NCBI GenBank assembly: GCA_963744145.1
Contig: CAVUSO010000001.1
Coordinates: 1,934,831 to 1,998,830 of the forward strand
Direction: 5' to 3'
From: an uncultured cyanobacterium
GTDB taxonomy: Bacteria; Cyanobacteriota; Cyanobacteriia; Cyanobacteriales; CAWUOF01
DNA: 64,000 bases
Part shown: positions 58,765 to 64,000 of the stretch, in pieces
How the letters are laid out: each line of letters opens with the position of its first letter
How positions within the stretch are numbered: position 1 is the first letter of the stretch
The notes under the pieces: model-generated
Told to the model about the DNA's origin: nothing
Seen by the model: only the letters and a program-made list of their open reading frames with translations
Databases searched by the model: none
Program-made: the position numbers and the translations under genes

Positions 58765-59070
58765 GATACCAATTCACCATGAAGATACATTGATGTATAT
58801 TGATCTGTGGGTGAGGGTGGGTTTTGATGATTAGTAGGTAAATGTCAAACATCTCGGTGAACCCGGGCGGGTTTTTCTAATTAATTGGTAAATTTCAAAA
58901 ATCTGGGCGAACCCGCCCCTACTACAGAAATCCGCAAATTGAGGATAAAATTGGTAGGGGCAGGTTCACCAGTCAATTTTACCACCAACAGATCACCATT
59001 ATAAACCTGCCCTGGCCTAACAGATCAACCTCAGATTAAGTGCAATTTCATAGTTAATTGGTATCACCTC
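58765..59070 (+). repeat. intact about 300 bp MITE-like element (reference copy; equals 38368-38557 plus 40288-40410 joined)
   Basis: Continuous identity to both flanks of the IS110 insertion. Confidence 0.8.
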
Positions 59071-59317
59071 AATATCTACTTCACCCTCTTCTCCTGTATT
59101 GTTATTTATAAAAGTCTCAGTAAATCGTTTAACAATATTGCTTTCTTGCTGCACAGTTTGCTCAAGATGAGTTTGAATAAATTGACGAGATTCTGAATGT
59201 CAAGGGCTTATTTTTAATATATAGGTTTTAGGAATTGTAAAATTATATCATTTTTAGCAAATAGGCGGGAAGTATTGAATAATAACAAGATTATGCTGGC
59301 TGAGTTTTTATTTTAAC

Positions 59318-59470
59318 TCTGAATTTACCTACTGATTATGATTTTTGGATCGATCGCTCATCATCCTGATGTCCAAGGATCAGCAAACGTAAATAATCTA
59401 GCATCCGAATATAAGCTTTCATTTGGGGATATTTTAAATTAATTTCCCAGTAAAAACTAGCGATCGCGGG
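59318..59470 (-). repeat. about 150 bp repeat whose minus strand encodes MKAYIRMLDYLRLLILGHQDDERSIQKS; here forms the 3' end of the 142 aa ORF
   Basis: Near-identical to 60304-60444. Confidence 0.7.
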
Positions 59471-59764
59471 AATATCAAACACTCGCATTCTTTGCAATCG
59501 CTCAATTGCTTCCTGTTCATTTTCAATCCAACCTCGTACTTGAATTTGACTAGCATAACCACGGATATCTGATGTTAACAGATCAATTTCCTCTAAAACC
59601 GTAAAGTCTTCATTGGTAACTAAAGGTAAAGCCGCTATCTCTTTTCGTTCTTGCTTGGTATTCTGGTAATCGATAGTTAATTGCTCTAACAGGTGAGTAA
59701 TATAGCTTCTAGTGCTTGGAGAACTTTTAGGATTAAACGTTGCTTCAGTCATCATTAACTCCAT
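59336..59764 (-). CDS. hypothetical protein (C-terminus contributed by repeat)
   Basis: 142 aa ORF, 20 nt overlap with the upstream 114 aa ORF. The last 28 codons are identical to the stand-alone peptide ORF in the repeat copy at 60315-60401. Confidence 0.4.
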   Translation of the reverse strand: MELMMTEATFNPKSSPSTRSYITHLLEQLTIDYQNTKQERKEIAALPLVTNEDFTVLEEIDLLTSDIRGYASQIQVRGWIENEQEAIERLQRMRVFDIPAIASFYWEINLKYPQMKAYIRMLDYLRLLILGHQDDERSIQKS

Positions 59765-60089
59765 AGGTGACTATTTTTTCAATTCCAAATTGATTGGGTC
59801 TTACAATTAGATATTCATTTCCTTTTCGATAAACGGCTGAACTATCTCGACGATATCCAGTCGGTGGGACTCGGTTTGCTCTCTTCTTATTGAAGTTATG
59901 GGCTTTGCGTAGATATTTTAATGGATCAAATTCTTTTCTTAAAGCATGGTCTAAAATATTTTGAGCTACACTGATATAAGTAGAAGCATCCCACTCAGCC
60001 ATATACTGCATTATTTCGGTAACTTCTGTCTCACTGTATCCTTCATATAGCTGGGTTAAAAATGGATCGATAGACTCATTCGACATCAA
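59745..60089 (-). CDS. hypothetical basic protein
   Basis: 114 aa. Lys/Arg-rich C-terminal half (RKAHNFNKKRANRVPPTGYRRDSSAVYRKGNEYLIVRPNQFG). Coupled to the next ORF. Confidence 0.4.
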   Translation of the reverse strand: MMSNESIDPFLTQLYEGYSETEVTEIMQYMAEWDASTYISVAQNILDHALRKEFDPLKYLRKAHNFNKKRANRVPPTGYRRDSSAVYRKGNEYLIVRPNQFGIEKIVTYGVNDD

Positions 60090-60303
60090 TTTTTAACTCT
60101 AATTGAGTGAGTGGTTTGATCATAAAAAATGAGATATTTATCCAAACCTCAGCATTTTCTGATGGCTGTGACGTTATCATATAGGTTGATCGCTTTGCCT
60201 AAATTTGTTTCTCCCTCAACTGCGAATTATCCTCTATATCTATATTATGATAACCTATTTTTGGAAAAATTTATGATAGGTAATGTCCATTTTAGCTCCA
60301 AAT

Positions 60304-60444
60304 TTACCTAGGGATTATGATTTTTGGTGCGATCGCTCATCATCCTGATGTCCAAGGATCAGCAAACGTAAATAATCTAGCATCCGAATATAAGCTTTCA
60401 TTTGGGGATATTTTAAATTAATTTCCCAGTAAAAACTAGCGATG
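60304..60444 (-). repeat. about 140 bp repeat copy immediately downstream of the vWA gene; contains a free-standing 28-codon ORF (about 60315..60401)
   Basis: Near-identical to 59318-59470. The repeat edge supplies the TAG stop of the vWA gene. Confidence 0.7.
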
Positions 60445-61722
60445 ATCATCACTCAATACAGTTTTAGAAACAATCCGGGTTTTCTTGCGATCGCTTTGGG
60501 AAAGTTCTTTTCCTGACTGTAACTGAGTAGCACTACTTTGTAACACTGTCGCAGCACTTTGATCACCCATTTGTAAAGCAGTTTTTGCCGCAGTTTGCAA
60601 CATGGTTGCAGCACCTGCTCGGTCTCCTTGTTCTAATTTTATCTCTGCTAACTGAGTTTGTCGATATTTCGCTAAAGCTAATATATATTGTTGTACCTCT
60701 GCATCTTGCATTGGTTGATAATTCCGTACCACATTTGCTTCAACTGGAACAATTTGTGATAATAAACCTTCCTGATTGCTCCCAGGATCATCATAGCGAA
60801 TTTGGACTTGTGCGATCGTATTTTTTCCTTCTGATAAAGCTCCAATATAAATATTCCCCAATAATATTCTAGGATTATCCTTCATTAAATCTCCCACTCG
60901 TATTTGCCATCGATTACCTAATTTCTCCACAGGTAATTCAATCACATCTGGTCGAATTTGGGCGATCGGTTTCAGTTCAGCTAGACGAATATTATCACTT
61001 AGAGATAGAAGGAGATAAGCATTAGTTAAACCTACAGATTGTAACCGATTAAACAGACGACTAAACTCAGTTACAGCTTGTTCTGGATGCTCAATATAAC
61101 ATAAACTTCCTCCACCCGCATCAGCGATATTTTCCAGCAAATCTTGATTCCAATCTGAGCCAAAACCTAAAGTATTAATAGTAATATTTGTTAAAGCAGC
61201 AGTGCGTAGTGCTAATTCACGACAGCGTCGATTATCATCATTACCAATTTGCCAATTAAAAATCTTGAAACCGCTTTCTCCATGTCCATCCGTGAGTAAA
61301 AATGCGTGGGAAATTGCTTGATTTGTTCCCTTATTCAATTCTTCCAGTCCCTGATTTAAACCAGCATAAATAGAAGTGCTACCCTCAGCTACCAAATTTT
61401 TGACTTGCGATTTTACTTGTGCTGGTGATTGCATCAGTTGATTGGGAACAATCACTTTAGCTTCTTCATTAAAAGCGACTATGGAAATGCGATCGGTAGG
61501 TTTAAGCTGATCCAATAATTTTTCAACTGCTAATTTCACAGTTTGGAGAGGTTTTCCGGACATCGAACCACTCCGATCCAAAATTAACCCCAAATTCAGG
61601 GGAATATTTTGATCTAGTGCTTCCGAAATTGCCGCAATAGAAATACCTAATTGACGCTGACTATTCTTTTGATTAGCATCAATATTAGCATCATTTAAAA
61701 TCGCTTGTAATTTAATTTTCAT
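60436..61722 (-). CDS. von Willebrand factor type A (vWA) domain protein with C-terminal helical (TPR-like) region
   Basis: MIDAS DxSxS (ILDRSGSMSG) and T/D (LLTDGHGE). Start taken at MKIKLQAILND by homology with the paralog. The track ORF is extended upstream. Confidence 0.75.
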   Translation of the reverse strand: MKIKLQAILNDANIDANQKNSQRQLGISIAAISEALDQNIPLNLGLILDRSGSMSGKPLQTVKLAVEKLLDQLKPTDRISIVAFNEEAKVIVPNQLMQSPAQVKSQVKNLVAEGSTSIYAGLNQGLEELNKGTNQAISHAFLLTDGHGESGFKIFNWQIGNDDNRRCRELALRTAALTNITINTLGFGSDWNQDLLENIADAGGGSLCYIEHPEQAVTEFSRLFNRLQSVGLTNAYLLLSLSDNIRLAELKPIAQIRPDVIELPVEKLGNRWQIRVGDLMKDNPRILLGNIYIGALSEGKNTIAQVQIRYDDPGSNQEGLLSQIVPVEANVVRNYQPMQDAEVQQYILALAKYRQTQLAEIKLEQGDRAGAATMLQTAAKTALQMGDQSAATVLQSSATQLQSGKELSQSDRKKTRIVSKTVLSDDHR

Positions 61723-62971
61723 GACGAGGTTTATCCTGCAAAACAGTTTTCGATACAATCCGAGTTTTCTTACGTTCAGCTTCAGAAAGTTGTTGACCAG
61801 ATTGAAGACGAGTAGCACTACTTTGTAATACCGTCGCTGCACCTTGATCACCCATTTGCAAAGCAGTTTTTGCCGCAGTTTGTAACATTGTAGCTGCACC
61901 AGCGCGATCGCCTTGTTGTAATTTCATTTCTGCTAATTGAGTTTGTCTATATTTCGCTAAAGCTAAAATAAACTGTTGTACTTGAGGGTGAGGAGCAGGT
62001 TGATAAGACTTGACAACATTAGCATTAACTTGAATCACCTCAGACAATAACCCTGTCATCCCAAAAGTTGGATCATCGTAGCGAATTTGCACTGTAGCGA
62101 TCGGTTGTCTACCTTCTGGAAACTTACCAATATAAAGATTAGCTAAAATTACCTTTTCGACATCCTTCATTAAATCTCCCAACCGGATGACAAACCTACC
62201 ATCTTCTACTTGGGTGGGTAATTCAATTACATCTGGTGCTACCTGAGCGATCGGTTTTAGATCCGCAAGACGCACATTAGGAACTAGAGATAAATACAAA
62301 AAAGCATTAGTTAATCCGACCGCAGAAATCCGGTTAAATAAACGACTAAAAGCTTCTACGGCTTGTTCTGGACGTTCAATATAAGATAAATTACCACCAC
62401 CACCATCTGCAATTTTTTCCAGAATATCTTGATTCCAATTATCACCAAAACCTAAAGTATTTAAAGTAATATTATATTCAGCCGCTAAAGCAGCTAACTT
62501 TAAACAACGCTCATTATCACCATGTTCATTTTCCCCATCAGTCAACAAAAAAGCTTGAGAAGTAGCATCTTTTTTCCCCTTAGCTAACTCTTCAATTCCT
62601 AATTTTAAACCTTCATCAATAGCTGTTCCCCCGTCAGCCCGTAAACCACTAATTGCACTATTAATCTTACTCGGTTCTTCAATTAACTGATTTGGCACAA
62701 TAATCTTAGCTTTATGATCAAATGCTACTACCGACAGGCGATCGGTAGGTCTGAGTCGTTCCACAATTCGTTTAGCCGCATTTTTGACTGTATCAAGGGC
62801 GCGTCCACCCATTGACCCACTATGATCCAAAATTAAACAGAGATTGAGGGGGACATTACCATCCAGCTCACCAGCGATCGCGGAAATCGAAATGCCTAAC
62901 TGACGTTGACTCGTCGCTTGATTAGCATCAACATTGGTATCATTTAACATCGGCTGCAAATTAACTTTCAT
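61712..62971 (-). CDS. vWA domain protein (tandem paralog)
   Basis: ILDHSGSMGG, LLTDGENE. C-terminus ...AGAATMLQTAAKTALQMGDQ...KKTRIVSKTVL shared with the paralog. 11 nt overlap with the downstream paralog start. Confidence 0.8.
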   Translation of the reverse strand: MKVNLQPMLNDTNVDANQATSQRQLGISISAIAGELDGNVPLNLCLILDHSGSMGGRALDTVKNAAKRIVERLRPTDRLSVVAFDHKAKIIVPNQLIEEPSKINSAISGLRADGGTAIDEGLKLGIEELAKGKKDATSQAFLLTDGENEHGDNERCLKLAALAAEYNITLNTLGFGDNWNQDILEKIADGGGGNLSYIERPEQAVEAFSRLFNRISAVGLTNAFLYLSLVPNVRLADLKPIAQVAPDVIELPTQVEDGRFVIRLGDLMKDVEKVILANLYIGKFPEGRQPIATVQIRYDDPTFGMTGLLSEVIQVNANVVKSYQPAPHPQVQQFILALAKYRQTQLAEMKLQQGDRAGAATMLQTAAKTALQMGDQGAATVLQSSATRLQSGQQLSEAERKKTRIVSKTVLQDKPRHEN

Positions 62972-63148
62972 AAACCCAAAGTCCTAGCAACATCAAAGAT
63001 TCTATTCCAATTCTAAGGGTTAAACAGATTCACCGCACCAGCCAGCCTCACCAATGACCCATAAATGATCCCAATCCCGATCTGCTGCTCATCCCAGAAG
63101 CAAGCTACTATGTTTTAAAGATAGCGACATCATTACAGGCTACAGGCT

Positions 63149-63814
63149 ATGGACTCATCGATTCAGGCTGTTCAATCTCCCTACTATGGAGATGCTTACT
63201 ACCGAACACCTCCTCCCGATTTACCCTCCCTACTATTAAAGGAGCGAATAGTTTACCTTGGCATGCCTTTGGTGCCGGCTGTCACCGAACTAATTATCGC
63301 CCAACTTCTGTATTTGCAATACGAAGACCCCGAAAAGCCGATCAAAATCTACATCAACTCCATTGGTACTACTGGCTACGAAGGTAAACCAGTCGGCTTT
63401 GAAACAGAAGCCTTTGCCATCTGCGATACGATGAGCTACGTTAAACCTCCGATTCATACTATCTGTCTGGGATCGGCAATGGGTATGGCTGCGATGTTAC
63501 TTTCAGCCGGGACAAAAGGTTGCCGTGCTAGCTTGCCCAATGCTTCGATCGTTTTACACCAACCGATGATGTATTACCGAGGTATGGCCCAGGCTACCGA
63601 TATCCAAATTCGGGCTAAAGAAGTGCTGGCTAATAAAGCCACCATGATGAGTATTTTGTCTCGCACCACCGGTCAGTCAGCGGAAAAAATTGCTAAAGAC
63701 ATGGATCGGTTATTTTATCTAACTCCCCAAGCAGCGAAAGAGTATGGTTTGATTGACCGAGTTTTAGAAAGCAAGGAAGATTTACCTGTACCACTACCCG
63801 CTGGGGCGATCTAA
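63149..63814 (+). CDS. clpR: ClpP-like non-catalytic subunit ClpR
   Basis: ClpP fold (ERIVYLGMPL...IKIYINSIGT...ICLGSAMGMAAMLL...IVLHQP) but the catalytic Ser position is Gly (GSAMGMAA versus GQAASMGA). Immediately upstream of a clpP. Confidence 0.7.
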   Translation: MDSSIQAVQSPYYGDAYYRTPPPDLPSLLLKERIVYLGMPLVPAVTELIIAQLLYLQYEDPEKPIKIYINSIGTTGYEGKPVGFETEAFAICDTMSYVKPPIHTICLGSAMGMAAMLLSAGTKGCRASLPNASIVLHQPMMYYRGMAQATDIQIRAKEVLANKATMMSILSRTTGQSAEKIAKDMDRLFYLTPQAAKEYGLIDRVLESKEDLPVPLPAGAI

Positions 63815-63916
63815 TGGTGAGGGGTCGGCGATTAGTCCCAGGTCTAAGTCCGGGCGATCGGGACCTACTCACTTTATGGGTCATAATTCAATCAGATCAA
63901 AACGGAGTGCTGCTTT

Positions 63917-64000
63917 ATGCCTATCGGTGTCCCTAAAGTCCCCTACCGGATGCCGGGGGACTCTTATACCCAGTGGATCGACATCTACAATCGTCTTTAC
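63917..64000 (+). CDS. clpP: ATP-dependent Clp protease proteolytic subunit, 3'-truncated at window edge
   Basis: [28 protein letters not shown] is the canonical ClpP N-terminus. Likely clpP3, the partner of clpR. Confidence 0.8.
   Translation, partial: MPIGVPKVPYRMPGDSYTQWIDIYNRLY

Noticed and set aside
1-64000. CRISPR arrays, rRNA and tRNA genes
   Set aside because: No regularly spaced direct repeats with unique spacers, no rRNA-like conserved blocks and no convincing tRNA cloverleaf candidates were seen on either strand. tRNA detection by eye is unreliable, so this should be confirmed with tRNAscan-SE.

Overview
This 64 kb window is a cyanobacterial chromosomal region. The evidence is an apcABC allophycocyanin operon, a clpR-clpP3 pair, a PutA proline utilisation enzyme, WD40/zinc-ribbon Ser/Thr kinases, abundant two-component genes, low GC content and a very frequent GCGATCGC (HIP1) octamer. 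It is strongly accessory in character. Four things stand out.

1. **Defence island (7.6-21.4 kb).** It is built around a COG1483/DUF499 Walker-type ATPase, a translationally coupled small ORF, a COG1743/DUF1156 Zn-ribbon N6-adenine methyltransferase and a PLD-SNF2 helicase fusion. These are interrupted by two coupled Uma2 PD-(D/E)xK nuclease genes, a PrlF/YhaV toxin-antitoxin cassette and MITE-like repeats.

2. **Metabolic operon (22.9-31.3 kb, nine genes, one strand).** It holds two gamma-butyrobetaine-hydroxylase-like 2OG dioxygenases, an HD-domain PhnZ/TmpB-like protein, a PLP decarboxylase, an AlaDH/PNT-family enzyme, a D-2-hydroxyacid dehydrogenase, an SDR, a SAM methyltransferase and an acetyltransferase. 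The whole segment is bounded by an 85 bp direct duplication of the putA 3' end.

3. **Zinc-ribbon phospho-signalling module (55-63 kb).** A PknG-like Ser/Thr kinase and a PP2C phosphatase both carry double zinc ribbons, and are followed by tandem vWA paralogs. It is associated with a three-copy ~140 bp repeat encoding a 28-residue peptide.

4. **Decay and mobility.** A sensor kinase is interrupted by two in-frame TGA codons. A response regulator and an IS110-family transposase are frameshifted. A type I methyltransferase fragment and an ABC-ATPase fragment flank a VapBC pair. A dispersed ~300 bp nested-hairpin repeat family has at least seven copies, one of which is split by the IS110 insertion, with an intact reference copy elsewhere in the window.

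Coordinates for repeats and adjusted starts are approximate, about +/-3 nt.
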